Origin: Octopus bimaculoides
Lineage: Eukaryota
NCBI RefSeq assembly: GCF_001194135.2
Contig: NC_068991.1
Span: 54,764,028 to 54,828,027 of the forward strand
DNA: 64,000 nucleotides
Direction of reading: 5' to 3'
Made by a program: the position numbers and the translations under genes. The notes under the pieces are model-generated. The model was given only the letters and a program-made list of their open reading frames with translations, was not told where the DNA came from and searched no databases. The stretch's first letter is position 1. Every line of letters begins with the position of its first letter. Positions 12,513 to 26,253 of the stretch are shown here, one piece after another.

Positions 12513-14083
12513 GTAAGTTTTGCTCAATTCACACTTCCATTAATTTATTATTTATCCTCATCATTATCATTTAATATCCATGTTCCATGCAGGCATAGGT
12601 TGATCGGCTTCACAGAATCTGTTGGGTCCAAGGACTGCATTATGTCTGCTTTGACACAGTTTCTGCAGCTGGATGCTTTTCCTAATACCAGCCACTTTAC
12701 AGCCTGTACTTGGCACTTTTTACATGGCACCAGCACTAGTGAGGTCGCTGTGCTGCTTGCGGGGCTGTGATACTCAAGGCAAGGTGAGGGTTGACTTTAT
12801 GCTAGAAGATGAGGGATTAGAGAATGTGAGCAGGGAACAGGGGACAGGTTTTTACCAAATAATAAACCAACAAAAGGCAGTGTTTTATGTTCTATGATGG
12901 GATTGAAAAAGCTCAGAATTAAGAAATTTTAGGCCTTGTAGGTACCATATTTGATGGCTTTTATGACACACATTTGTTTTCTAAAAAAAAAGGTCTCAAA
13001 AATCAACCCAAGCTCTATATGTGAAGTTGGGCCTATATTACATGCTTTAATACACATCATCATCATCATTTAACATCCATCTTCCATGTTGGATGGTTTG
13101 ACAGGAGCTTGTAAGCTGGAAAACTGTATCGCTACATGATTAGAAGTTTGCTTTCCAACCATATGGTTTTGGGTTCAGTCTCCCTGTGTTGCACATTGGG
13201 CAAATGTCTTATACTATAGCCCTTCACCAATGAAAGCCTCGTAAATGGATTCGGTAGTTAGAAACAGTGTGGAAGCCTGTTGTGTTCATGTGTCTTTGTT
13301 ACTGCCCCCTTGCCTGGGGTAGGCAACAGGAAGGGCATCCAGACATAGAAAATCTGCCTCAACAAATTCCATCCGAACCATGCAAGCATGGAAAAATGAA
13401 CATTAAAACAATAATGTTAATGATGACAATGTGTGATAGAGACGCATTGTTTAAATGTTGGCATAAAAATGAACTGAGCTGTGAGGTTCTGGTGTTGGAA
13501 TAATTGACCATGTGGTCATATGTTCAAATGTTGCTACTACTACTAACTACTGAAAAACTACCAAACTTGTTCCATTTTAGCTGACCTCCATTACAATTTA
13601 TTTGGTTAGCTGTAGAAAGAATATCCAGCCAAAAAATTCAAATGATTCTACAAAAGCCATCCTTCACATGCTAGTTTGGGAAAATAGATATAAAATAGGG
13701 TAGGAATAATAAAGTGAAGTCAGGTCCTGGAGAGTATAATGCTAATATCATGATATACTTTACAGTAGCAAACTGTATCATATTTAATGCAAATACATGT
13801 TGGAAAACCTAATTAACTGTGGTATTTGTCCTAAGATAGTATATCAGGAGAAATATTGCAGTTAATTAAGCTTTCCATGATGTGTTTGCATTAAATATGA
13901 CATACAGCTTACTGTTCTAAAGTAATACTGCTTCTGTTGCACATAGTGAATACTTTGTAATATTTCTGTTCTTATATGTTCTATATGTAATGGTTTATCA
14001 TAACAACACTTCTCACATATGATCTCTATTTAATTTTCTAAGTTTCATTCTTGTACATTTTTTGTTTGTGTTCTTTGTTTCAG

Positions 14084-14169
14084 GGCCGAAAAGAAGAAGG
14101 CAAATTTGTTGAATTGCCAAATGCTAAAAAAGGAGAAGTAGTAGTAAGATTCCCTCCAGAAGCAAGTGG
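14084..14169 (+). CDS. EPRS1: EPRS exon 6, start of GluRS
   Basis: tttcAG / gtaagg; [28 protein letters not shown](G). Confidence 0.97.
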
Positions 14170-15046
14170 GTAAGGCATCATATGTTAGTCTTCCATAGAT
14201 GTTATTTTAGTCAGAAATCAGTTGGTATCAAATTGGAGATTTTCTGGGAGAGGATGGGTTGGAACAAACATCTTTTGACCTTTGGGTTTTAGCCTTGAAT
14301 ATTTTTTTGCTACATATTGTTTTTCATTGACAAAAAAAAATATATATGATTATAAATCTGGTGTATACAACTGAGTCAGTGTTGGATTAAAATAGCCATC
14401 TGTGTATCATACTTAATGTATACACAGTTTGATAAGCCAGTTACTCCAGCATTTGTCCTGAAATAACATTGCTTATGAACTTGCTATGTTAAAATCACAA
14501 TATCAGAGGAGCAAGACAAAAATTTGTCCCAGCAATGGCAATCAAGAGCGTCAGATGCATTTTAGCATTTTGGGGCCTTTTTCTGTATCTTTAATCTTTA
14601 ACTTGTTTCAGGCATTAGACTGTGGCACCACCTTGAAGCATTTTTAGTCAAATGCATCAACCCCTGTACTTATTTGCTTTTAAGCCTTGTGTTTATTCTA
14701 TCTTTTTGCTGAACTGCTAAGCTACAGTGACATAAACACACCAACACCAGTTGTCAGGCAGTGGTGGGTGACAAATACACACACATAGATATAAGTATGT
14801 ATGTATGTGTGTGTATATATATATATATATATATAATACAAAGAATATATATACATGTATACACACATATATGTACATACTTACATCTACATGTGTATAT
14901 ACATGCATATTAGGGTACAGGACGTTAGAACAATAAACCACAGACAACGGAACGAACACATAGGAAAACGGGAAGCCCCTTATATATGTATGTATGTATA
15001 TACGTTTTGCAAGATTCTTGATGTGAATTCATGTGTTGAAACAGAA

Positions 15047-15337
15047 ATTGTTGTATTTGGGGATGGTTATGTTGCCAGTTTAGCCAATAAAAACACACGC
15101 ACTATATATTTGGTGTTCACTTACTTCAGCTTTATTTTATAGTAATCGTATTTCAGAAGGAAAGACACACAAAGAAGAAAGCAAAGGACCACTGATGAGG
15201 TCACAGAAGTGTGATGAAAGAACTCTGGCTGAAATACGATTAATATAAAATAAACTGAAGCAAGTGAACACCAAATATATAGTGCTTGTGCTTTTATTGG
15301 CTAAACTGACAATATGACCATCCCCAAATACAACAAT
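15047..15337. mobile_element. Foldback element with about 110-bp inverted arms around a hammerhead-like spacer (Penelope-like or retrozyme-like, unclassified)
   Basis: Arm 15047-15156 is the reverse complement of 15229-15337 with scattered substitutions; 72-nt spacer; followed by (TA)n. Confidence 0.8.
15188..15229 (+). ncRNA. Candidate minimal hammerhead ribozyme in EPRS intron 6, inside a long hairpin
   Basis: CCA-CTGATGA-G-GTCAC-AGAAGT-GTGAT-GAAA-GAA-CTC-TGG; both core boxes present, 5-bp stem II, short stems I and III. Confidence 0.5.
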
Positions 15338-15601
15338 ATATATATATATATATACACACACATATACAGTGGACTTCCTTCAGTTTCCATCTACCAAATC
15401 CACTCACAAGGCTTTGGTCAGCCCAAGGCTATAATTGAAGACTCTTGCCCAAAGTTTCACAGAGTGGGACTGGACCGAGAAATGTGTTGGGAAGTAAGCG
15501 TCTTCCTACACAACCACACCTTTACCTAAGAGAAAAAAATCGGAACATTATATTTTTTGTATATAATATTTTCTTTATTATTATTTTTAATATATTTTCA
15601 G

Positions 15602-15728
15602 TTATCTTCACGTTGGCCATGCAAAAGCTGCTTTGTTAAATCAATATTATCAAAAATTGTTTGAAGGACGTTTGATTTTGAGATTTGATGACACGAACCC
15701 TGCCAAGGAAAGTGATGTATTTGAGCAG
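15602..15728 (+). CDS. EPRS1: EPRS exon 7, class I HIGH-type motif (HVGH)
   Basis: ttttcAG / gtaaca; [42 protein letters not shown]. Confidence 0.98.
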
Positions 15729-16049
15729 GTAACAAAATTTATTACCCTTTTCTATAGTCATTATTGTAATTTCCCATGTAACTGCATTCTGCTGATTTTA
15801 GATTTCAGAATGAAATTATCATATTTGCCATTTCAGCCTTGAAGAACTTTTAGTTCAATGAATCGACCTCAGTCCTTATTTGCTTTTTTTGTTTTTTTTT
15901 TTCTTTAAACCTGGTACTTGTTTTATTAGTCTCTTAACTGCTAAGTTACAGGGATGTAAATACACCAACACCGGTTGTCCAGTAGTTGAAAAGGACAAAC
16001 ACAGACACAATGACGCACTCATAGATATGTATGTGTGCATATGTATATA

Positions 16050-16505
16050 TATCATCGAAATCGAACTAAATTCAACGACTCGCACCCATGCCAATGTCGT
16101 CTCCTTCATTGGACACATAACTCGGCTTGCGAAGACCTGTTGGGGCAAGCGAAAGCGAAATCGTGATGGCACCTGTGCCTAGTGTTGCCTTCCTGGCACA
16201 TGTAAAGACATTCAAGCGAAATCGTTGCCAGTGCCGCTGGACTGGCTCCTGTGCGGGTGGCACGTAAAATACGCCATTTTGAACATGGCCATTGCCAGTA
16301 CTGCCTGACTGGCCGTCGTGCCGGTGGCATGTAAAAGCACCCACTACACTCTCAGAGTGGTTGGTATTAGGAAGGGCATCCAGCTGTAGAAACTCTGCCA
16401 GATCAGATTGGAGCCTGGTGTAGCCATCTGGTTCACCAGTCCTCAGTTAAATCGTCCAACCCATGCTAGCATGGAAAGTGGACGTTAAACGATGATGATG
16501 ATGAT
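16050..16505 (+). mobile_element. RTE-tailed SINE / 3' UTR copy
   Basis: Ends GGAAGGGCATCCAGCTGTAGAAAC...CATGCTAGCATGGAAAGTGGACGTTAAAC(GAT)n. Confidence 0.8.
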
Positions 16506-16524
16506 ATATGTGCGTGTATATATG

Positions 16525-16555
<31 letters not shown>

Positions 16556-17107
16556 CAAACGATGATGATGATATATATATATATATGTATGTATGTAAAG
16601 ACGATGGGCTTTTTCAGTTTCCATCTACCAAATCTCTTCACAAGGCTTTGTGTATCTGAAGCTATAGTGGAAGACACTTGCCCAAGATGCCACATAGTGG
16701 AGCTGAGCCCAGAACCATGTGATTGGAAAGTAAGCTCCTTATCACAGAGCCATGCTTGCACTTGTTGATTTGTTTGAATTTTTTTTTTTTTTTTTTTTTT
16801 AATAATTTTTCCAGTTTTGTGAATACTTAAATATCAACATTTAAGTATTTCTTCTTGTGCAATATTCATAGACTGAATAAATTGTATGGTTAAGCTCACT
16901 CTGCAACCATATGGTTTTGGGTTCAGTCCCATTTTGTGGTACTTTGGGCAAGTGTCTTCTACTATATCCCTCATGTTGGCCAATACCTTGTGAGTGAATT
17001 TGATAGACAGAAACCATGTGGAAGCCCATCACATATGTATATATACATGTGTGTATGTGTGTGTGTGTCTGTATTTACCCCACCTCCACCATTGTTTCAT
17101 AACCGGT

Positions 17108-17392
17108 ATCATCGTTTAATGTCCGCTTTCCATGCTAGCATGGGTTGGACAATTTGACTGAGGACTGGTGAAACCAGATGGCTACACCAGGCTCCAATCT
17201 GATTTGGCAGTTTCTACAGCTGGATGCCCTTCCTAACGCCAACCACTCAGAGAGTGTAGTGGGTGCTTTTACGTGTCACCCGCACGAAGGCCAGTCAAGT
17301 GGTACTGGCAACGGCCTCGCTCAAAATGGTGTATTTTATGTTCCACCTGCACAAGAGCCAGTCCAGAGGCACTGGCAACGATCTCGCTCGAA
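17108..17392 (-). mobile_element. Young RTE-tail copy
   Basis: Near-identical to 10200-10450 and 58900-59190. Confidence 0.85.
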
Positions 17393-18187
17393 AATCCTTC
17401 AGTTTACATTTCCATAAATTAGCAGTTTGACAAAAGAGACTGATAATATAAGTACCAAACTTTGAAAAGTAGATATAAGAATCAATTTGTTCAGCTAAAC
17501 CCATCATGGTGGTACCCCAGCATGGTCACAGTCCAATGACTGAAACAAGTAAAGGATAAAAGATTAAAGATATTCAGATGTTTATGTAATAAACTTAGTG
17601 AATGGTAAAATACAATGTCTTTGTGCTTGGAACTGGTTGGTTGATTCTTCAGCATTTAGTGGGGTCAGCATTGAATTGTTGGAACAAGAGTTTTATGATC
17701 AAGGGCCACTTGGTTAAATGGGTGTGGTACATAAGTTCCATCTATGATGAATGAATTTCAAGTGTTTTTAAAACAGAGCTTGAAACCCCTTATATGTGCT
17801 TACTTGTACTTGCAGTGGCATTCCCCTGTGGTAAGTTGAGCCAGCTCTGACCAAGTGTTTAGAGTTTCAGTGGGGATACAAGTTCATGTGGTCCCTAGTC
17901 ACATGCATACACACTTTGGGATAGTGTGATCTGTAGCAGCTCATCTTGCTGTTGATTGTCAAGCATCGCAGAGGATTCGCCAACCAAGTCACTTCCAATT
18001 ATCAGATGTAGCCTGGGTTTGAAGTGGGTTCTAGAAACATACTTTAACAAAAGCTAAGGGGTGTCTTACTGGACAACAAGCCAGACTTTTTGAGGTCCCA
18101 TGCAAAAAAAAAAGCCTTTACATATAATTTGTTAAATATTGAAAACAAGATCTTCTTATATGTTTATTGATACAATATTTTAAACAG

Positions 18188-18380
18188 GTAATTCTCAAAG
18201 ATGTCGAACTACTTGGCATTAAGTATGATGTTCTAAGCTATACATCAGACCATTTTGATACCCTGCTTGATCTTTGTTTGAAACTAATCAAAGAAGGTCA
18301 TGCTTATGTTGATGATACCAATCCTGACATTATGAAACAAGAAAGAGAAGAAAAGAAAGAATCAGCACGAAGAAACCAAA
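18188..18380 (+). CDS. EPRS1: EPRS exon 8, GluRS
   Basis: taaacAG / gtaagt; VILKDVELLGIKYDVLSYTSDHFDTLLDLCLKLIKEGHAYVDDTNPDIMKQEREEKKESARRNQ. Confidence 0.98.
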
Positions 18381-19374
18381 GTAAGTTCTTGAAAGAGTTT
18401 GCATGTTGTGTGTAATGCCAAGTATATCTAGTTCTCTGTAGTGTGTTGACTGACCTTCTATAGTTTGTGTTAGTAAATTCACTTGCTTTACGACTTCTGT
18501 CCTTTTCATGCCTTAATCCATGGTACTGCTATGCTGTTTGTTCTGATGCTTTGCAACATAGCAATTAAAATACTATTGTTGCTTAGTCCTAAACCGGCAC
18601 ATTAACTAATGTGGTCAGGAAATTTTAACTGGCCATATCCAACAAAAATATTCTACCTGTTTTATGTTCAAACTGGCCAGATTTGGCCTCTCACACCAAC
18701 CCTACAATTTCATTCTAGAAATTAAGAATTACCTCATCAAAATCTCAAAGCTACAAAATAATTCCTGATTAATTCAAAACAATGTGAATAAATAAGTATT
18801 ACATTTGACTGAGAAACCTGAATGCTAAAGGGTTAAGATGGTTGGTTATAGTTTGAAAGAGATTTGGTTGTTGTTTCTGGCAGGTCAAGCAACCATGTAC
18901 GATGTCTGTTGTAAGAAGTGGAGATCAAATTTCAAAATATTAGACTTTAATAGATGAGATAACACTAAATTGGGCTTTCATTGTGCAATGCTCTGACTGT
19001 GCTTGGATTTATTGGCGCAGCAATACTGAAGCTGTAGAAAAGCTCACATGGAGACAGACCAGTGGTTTATTACTACTGGAATGCAAGCTGGGCTTTGATT
19101 GATCATAGTCAACTGAACAAATATATTTTATCAACACAAAAATTTATTGTTTAGTTTTGTATGAAACCTGATTGAACAGCTCTATATTGAAGGTATTCCA
19201 GCCATAACTATCCTTTTTGTTTATTTTTCTTCTAAACAGTGGTCTACATTATTCAATGTGTCTGTCTTTTGTAAAATGCTAGAGTGTAATTTGAAGGGCT
19301 TTGGCTTCTATTTCTAGCAGGTCAGGAGATTATACTGAGAATCCTTAATTTTCTGTTTTTTATATATTATCCAG

Positions 19375-19546
19375 GCATGGCTGAAAACTTGAAAATGTGG
19401 GAAGAAATGAAATCAGGTACAGAATTTGGAACAAAATGTTGTGTTCGTGCTAAGATTGACATGAATTCTGCTAATGGTTGTATGCGTGATCCAACACTTT
19501 ACCGTTGTAAACCAGAGATTCACATCAGAACAGGTGACAAATACAA
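19375..19546 (+). CDS. EPRS1: EPRS exon 9, GluRS
   Basis: atccAG / gtaaga; [56 protein letters not shown](K). Confidence 0.98.
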
Positions 19547-20173
19547 GTAAGACAATTATTAAAAGTATATTTTTCTTTATAGTCTACATCATACATTACT
19601 TCTAGTGTTTATTGTTTAACTCCAAGATAGTCCTGACAGGGCAGAACTATGATCAGAGTATAATCATTTAGTTTTTCTGGCATAGTGTATCAAGAAATAC
19701 ACTTTCCAATAGTCTAATTTCTTGCTCAGTTTACAAACTCACTAGTGAAATGTCTGCCAATACTTATTTGGAGCTCTCCTTCATCAACCATTTCCCCTCA
19801 CCTTTCATCCCCTAACACCCATCACTTCTCTATCACTTGAGAACAGAATAGGTGCATATTACATCCCCCTGCTTTCTCAGTTATCTCTTTCACCACCCTA
19901 AACCACTTCCCATTTCCTCTTCCCTGTTCCCACCAATCACCCCCTTTCTATGTCATCTCTCCTCTATATTGTCCTCTATCATTAACACCTTGCTTATCGA
20001 CTGTTACCCTTAATAGCCACATACCTAATCTACTGTATAGTAAGATGCTTACCCTTGTCCCTCTATATCTCTAATTTCTCATCAGCTGGTACAAAGCCAC
20101 CACCACCCTCACTACTACACCCTCCTACTAGCTGAGGGTGTTTTTGTCTTGCAAGTTACTTGGTGACCCTGTT

Positions 20174-20355
20174 GGTGCTGGTGCCATATAAAAAGCACCA
20201 GTGCTGGTCCCATGTAAAAAGGACTGGTGCTGGTGTCACGTAAAAAGCACCAGTGCTGGTGCCATATAGGAAGCATTGGAGCTGGTGCCACATAAAAAGC
20301 ATAGGTGCTGGTGTCACATAAAAAGCACTGGTGTTGATGCCACATAAAAAGCACC
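20174..20355 (+). repeat. Tandem array of seven 26-nt units inside an RTE-tailed SINE
   Basis: Consensus GGTGCTGGTGCCACRTAAAAAGCACC, exact 26-nt period. Confidence 0.9.
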
Positions 20356-22175
20356 ATGTGTAAACACCCAGTCCACTCTAAAGTGGTTGGCATTTGGAAG
20401 GACACCTAACTGTAGAAACCATGCCAAAGTAGACAGTGGAGCCTGAGGCAGCTTCTGGCCTTATCAGCTTCTGTCAAACCACACAACCCATACCAGATGG
20501 AAATGGACATTAAATGATGATGATTATTATTTCACCATAAAGCAGCAAGCTGGCAGAATTGTTTCCACACCAGGCAAAATGCTTAGCAGCTTTTCATCCA
20601 TCTTCACATTCTGAGTTCAAATTTCACCTAGGTCGTCTTTGCTTTTCATCTTTTTGGGATCGGTAAATTAAGTGCCAGTGAAACACTGGGGTTGATGAAA
20701 TCTGCGTACCCCTCCTCAAAATTTCAGGCCTTTATGCCTTTAGTAGAAATGATTATTATTTTATCATTGTTCTAATGTCCACTTTTCCATGCTTACCTGG
20801 GGCAGACAGAATTTGTTGAGGTAGATTTTTCTATGGTCAGATGCCCTTCCTGTCATCAACTTTCACTCTTTTTTTCAAACATAATGATATTTCCCTATGG
20901 CCAGATTTTTTTTTTTTTTTTTTTTTTTTTACAAAAGACTGGAATCAAACAACCTCGCTTGTATGACAGTGATGCTCATTTACAACTATCATGTAATGTT
21001 TAGACAGTTGTACACGCACAGGTGCATTCATGCACACTTAAGCACATACACACAACAATCTCCTTTCAGTTCTTGTCTACTAAATCCACTTGCCCAAGAA
21101 GTCATACAGTGAGACTGAACCTGAAATCACATGGTTGGGAAGCAAACTTTTTTCAGCCAATACCTGCACTTAGCTGTGTGGAAATTCTGTTATTTCCTCT
21201 TAAACTCAATTGTTATACATGTTTCTCCCCATTCCCTCTCATCTCTTTCATTGTGTCACAACTCAAAGGCTTCCATACCAACCAGTTAATGTTTTCGTGC
21301 TCATAACTGAATTTCTCTGCAACTTCCTTTCTCTTCATATCTTCTGTCCTACTGCAAACCTGTAAGAATTTCACATTAATCTCCCTAAAAGACCTTCTTC
21401 AGTCATAAATGACCATGGGATTGCACCTAGAAAGATACCTTCTGAGGCACAAGTCTGGACAAGGTTGTTTATGGAAGACCAGCAGTCACCCATGCACACT
21501 AGCCTCTCCTCTCCATGTCACCAATGTTATCCAAGGGAAAGGCAAAGGCCAATACTGCTTGGTAGCAGTGACCTCACAACTCATTTCTACAACTGAGTGA
21601 ACTGGAATAATATGAAAAGTAAAGTGTCTTGCTCAAGAACACAACACATAGCTTGGTCCAGGAATCGAACTCATAACTTTCTGATTATAAGCCTGATGCT
21701 CTAACCACTGAGCTATGTACCTTTATCTCCCTAACAGCAAAATATAAGCAGAGTCATTGGCCTTCCTACTTGGACTAATGTGCTCATTGAACATTACTGT
21801 TTGAAGCCCTAGGACTCGGAATCACTTACCTAGTTTTCATGGTGTATAAGTCGCTGAGATCACCACATTTCCCTTCAACAGGATGCCAGTCTGTTACAGG
21901 GTTACTCGTTCATAACTGAGTGAACTGCAGCAACATAAAAGTGAAGTGTTTTACTCAAGACCCACAACACACTGCCTGGTCAAGTAATTGAAACCGTGAT
22001 CATGAGTGCCACTGTTTAACTTACAGGTCATGTACCTCACCTTGTGCTTATTAAGTATATTTCTATCAGTATTTTTATTTGATGTACTTCTTCTTTATTC
22101 ATTGCATTGCTGATTCTGTTTAGTATATCTAAAGATAAATTTCTTGTTTCAATCATTTATCCATTATATTTTCAG

Positions 22176-22300
22176 AGTGTACCCAACTTATGACTTTGCT
22201 TGTCCTATTGTGGACAGTATAGAGGGTGTGACCCATGCTCTTCGTACAACTGAATATCACGACAGAGATGAGCAGTATTTCTGGATTCTGAAAAAGCTTG
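22176..22300 (+). CDS. EPRS1: EPRS exon 10, GluRS
   Basis: ttttcAG / gtaaga; [41 protein letters not shown]. Confidence 0.98.
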
Positions 22301-24202
22301 GTAAGATACAACTAACTAATCAATCAATTGTTTAATTTGGTGTTAAACAGTCAGTTGTTTATTTGTTTTTATTTTTCATTAAAGTCCTTTCATTGCCATT
22401 GACAACCTTTTCAGTAACATCTTTCGTAGTTTGCTACATCTTTAATGAAGTGGGGCTGTCACGTGGTTATCTTGATTTTTATACACCTGAAAAACAAAAC
22501 AAAAGACTGACTGTTTAACCAATAAGTTAAATAAACTTGGTAAGATTTCCCATTAATTGAGTGTACATCAGGGTTAATGTATTCTTAGGATGATCTCTGA
22601 ATGCTGAACCTTTTGGATGAGATGACAAATGACTGATATACCTGATGCCTTGCTGTACTCAAGAAGATCCGTCCTCCTCAGCAGAAGTGTTAAGGCCTCA
22701 TCCCCTAATGAACAGGATTGGCCTGCAAGAGTCCTGTGCTGGTGCCACGTTAAAAGTATCCAGCACATACTGTAAAGTGTTTAAGCATTAGCAAGGGCAC
22801 CCAGCCATATCAAACTGGTGCAGCTCTCTCACTTGCCAGCTCTGATCAAACCATCCAACCCATGCCAGCATTGAAAATGAACATTAAAGGATGATGATGA
22901 TGATGATGATGATGATTAGGGGTTTGATGGCTTTAAATTTTCAGTTTTTTCTTTTTGTGTATTAGTTATTGGAGCCAATGTGTTAGTTACTTTTTCTAAC
23001 ATTAAGCATTGTAGAAATAATATTTTCTGAAAAAAAACAACACAATACTTTTCACAAAAGTTATAAATCTGTAGATTTACACTTCAAATGATATTATCTA
23101 CCCTGTTCTTCTTTCTGATCCTATGTTTTGCAATTTTTTTCTTAATTTATTCATTAAGAACATGATTAACCATCATCATCATCATCATCATTTAATGTCC
23201 TTTTTTCCATGCTGGCATGGGTTGAACAGTTTAACAAGGGCCAGAAGACTGCATCAAGCTCCAGTGTCTGCCTTTGCATGGTTTCTATGGCTGGATACAC
23301 TTCTTAACACCAGCCACATTAACAGAGTATACTGTGTGATGCTTTTTTATGTGGCATTGGCACAAATGATGTCACTAAGTACTTGCAAGACAAGACTCCT
23401 CAACTGAGTGGAGCATAACACTGGAGGAGGTGAAAGTGCGATAACTGGATAGGAACAAGTGTCTTGTTGAAGAGGTGAATGCATGGTTTCTGCATCTGGA
23501 AAAGAAAGAGAGTTGGTGAGGATGTATTTACAAGGTGCATATTAAAGAGAGAGAGAGAGCATTTTCCATATTTTCTCCAAAATATAGTTACATCAAAAGT
23601 GAAGAACTTAAAGTATTGAATCAGTCTCAAAATACGGAATTAATCAATCTATGATAAAGCATTTTTAGATGTTCCCTGTTGGAAAACTTCTTTTCATTCA
23701 GTTTAGTCCTGAGTCAGACCTTTGATTCTTTGATAAATTCAAAATGGAAAATCTTTGAAAGTTTTACTCAGGCATAGGCATGGCTCTGTGGTAAGAAGCC
23801 TACTTCCCAACTACATGATTCCAGGTTCAGTCCCACTGTATGGTACCTTGGGCAAGTATCTTCTACTGTAGCTTCAGGCAGACCAAAGCCTTGTGAGTGG
23901 ATATGGGAGGCAGAAACTAAAAGAAACCTATCGTATATATCTTTGTGTCTGCTTGACAACCAGTGTTGGTGTGTTTACATCCCCATAACTTGGTAGTTCG
24001 GAGTTGATTTATTCAACTAAATATTCTTCAATGTAGTGCCTCAACATGGACACAGTCTAATAAAGTAAAAGATAAGTCCCATGGGCAGCCTTTGACTTTT
24101 TCCATTGAAGAGCTTTTTACCCCAAAATAACACACTATAATTATAAATGTTGCAAAAATTCTTTTTAGCTTGAGATAAAAAGTTGAAATGTTTTTCTTCT
24201 AG

Positions 24203-24311
24203 GTTTACGTGAACCTTATCTCTATGAGTACAGCCGATTGAATCTACAAAACACTGTTTTGTCCAAGCGAAAACTCACTTGGTTTGTGAACGAAAAACAT
24301 GTTGACGGTTG
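24203..24311 (+). CDS. EPRS1: EPRS exon 11, KMSKS-equivalent motif (VLSKR)
   Basis: ttctAG / gtaagt; (G)[35 protein letters not shown](W). Confidence 0.98.
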
Positions 24312-25051
24312 GTAAGTATTGTTTGTTTCCCTGTCTTTGCCTCACCTTTATCATCAGTTTAGTATTTATATCTTGCCCTTCCTCATCCTGTTGTCAGGCT
24401 ATAGTATCCAATATATTGTTCCTTTTTTTTTTCTTTTTTTAAATCAGTAGTCTGTGATTTGACTGCTGTTTCTTACAGATTGGCATAGGTGGGGCTGTGT
24501 AATTAAGAAGTTTGCTTCCCAACAATCTAGTTTCAGATTCAGTTTCACTGCAAGGCACCTTGGGCAAGTGTTTTCTACTGTTGCTTCATGCCAACCAAAG
24601 TTTTATGAGTGGATTTAATTGAGAGAAACTGAAAGAAGCTTGTATACTTACTCACCCACATATCCACATATATGTGTGTGTTTTTGTCTCCTTGACTTAA
24701 CATCATGCAATAGTTGTAAATGAATGTCTTTCATGTAAACAGTGTCATTTATTTCCAATACTCTACAAAAACATGTCTGACCATGGGGAAATATTGCCAT
24801 GCTTGAAAATAGGTTAGGGTTGACAATAGGAAAGGCATTCGACCATATAAAATCTGCCTCAATAAACTCTGTCTGATCCATGCAAGCATCGAAAAGTAGA
24901 TACTAAAATGATGATGAATCATTCACTTGTAATACTTTCATTCTACTTGACCTATTACTCTGACACAAACTACTTTAGTAAAAGTAATATCTTAAGTTTG
25001 ATTCCTTATAAAGTCTGAGAAACTTCTACACTATAAATCTTTTTTTTCTAG

Positions 25052-25136
25052 GGATGATCCTCGTTTCCCTACTGTTCGTGGTATATTAAGAAGAGGAATG
25101 ACTATTGAAGGCTTAAAACAGTTTATAATCGCTCAA
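25052..25136 (+). CDS. EPRS1: EPRS exon 12, GluRS
   Basis: tttctAG / gtaagt; [28 protein letters not shown]. Confidence 0.98.
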
Positions 25137-26253
25137 GTAAGTTGTGCTTAGATTAAATAGAAATTGTAAAATTTTATTTGTAGTAAGTCTTGTATAAATA
25201 ATGTCATGGTTGCTGTATTTATTTGTTAAACATTTTGTTGCAAAAAGTGGCTGAGTTCCTTTGAGTGCTTCAGGGAGGCAAAGTGGCTGAGTTCCTTTCA
25301 AGTGTTGGGCCTCATAGAGGCAATGACGGAGACCTTTGGCATTATGTTGTGGCAGATATTGGTGTCATGCAAATGGCACCCATTACACTCTCAGAGTGGT
25401 TGACATTAGGAAGGGCATTCAGCTGTAGAAAACCATACCGAATTAGACCAGAATCTTATGCAGCCTTCCAACTTACCAACCCTGGTCAAATCATCTAACC
25501 CATGCCAGCATGGACAACACGTTAAATGATGATGATGATATGGTGATGAATGTTAGATTTTAAGATGTGTGGTAAGAAGCTTGCTTCCTAACCACATTGT
25601 TCCTAGTTCAGTCCCACTGCATGGCACCTTTGGCAAGTGTCTTCTACTATAGCTTCAGGATGACCAAATTCTTGTGAGTGGATTTGATGAAGAAAGACTG
25701 AGATAAGCCTATCGTGTGTGTCTTTGTATCTCCCCCACCACCTCTTGACAACCGGTGTTGTGTTTACATCCCCATGACTTGGCAGTTATGCAAAAGTGAC
25801 CAACAAAATAAGTCCTGGGATCAATTAGTTTGACTAAAATCCTTCTAGGTGGTGCCCCAGCATGACCACAGTCTAATGACTGAAACAAGTAAAAGATAGA
25901 AGATAACAGATACAGAAATACATAAACAAAAAGAGAGAGATGGTGGGAGGAGAGAAATACTACTGTAAAAAAAAAAAAAACTTGATCCTTGATATTAAAA
26001 TAAAGGCATTACTTTGTTAATTCACATTTAATCATTGTGAAAAATAAAGAATGTCGATTTGCTCGACTAAAGGCAGTGCTCCAGCATGGCCATAGTCAAA
26101 TGACTGAAACAAATAAAAGAATCCATCAGAAGATGCAGTTTTAATAAGCTGAGAAATTGTATTACTTTTGGGCTTTTCTTTTCTTTATAATATTTCTGAC
26201 TCAGCTAGTTTACAGAACAAAAAAATTCAAACAATGACAAACTCTTATATATA

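Noticed and set aside
15192-15232. C/D box snoRNA reading of CTGATGA...CTGA
   Set aside because: The boxes are only about 40 nt apart, the downstream CTGA is part of the inverted arm, and the 54538 motif has no D box nearby. I found no convincing intronic snoRNA, although H/ACA types cannot be excluded by eye.
15609-15620. HVGH instead of HIGH as a sign of catalytic change
   Set aside because: It is a conservative variant of the class I signature, and all other GluRS motifs are intact.
20174-20355. Regular 26-nt repeats as a CRISPR array
   Set aside because: There are no unique spacers and no cas genes, the context is a eukaryotic intron, and the units lie inside a retroposon.
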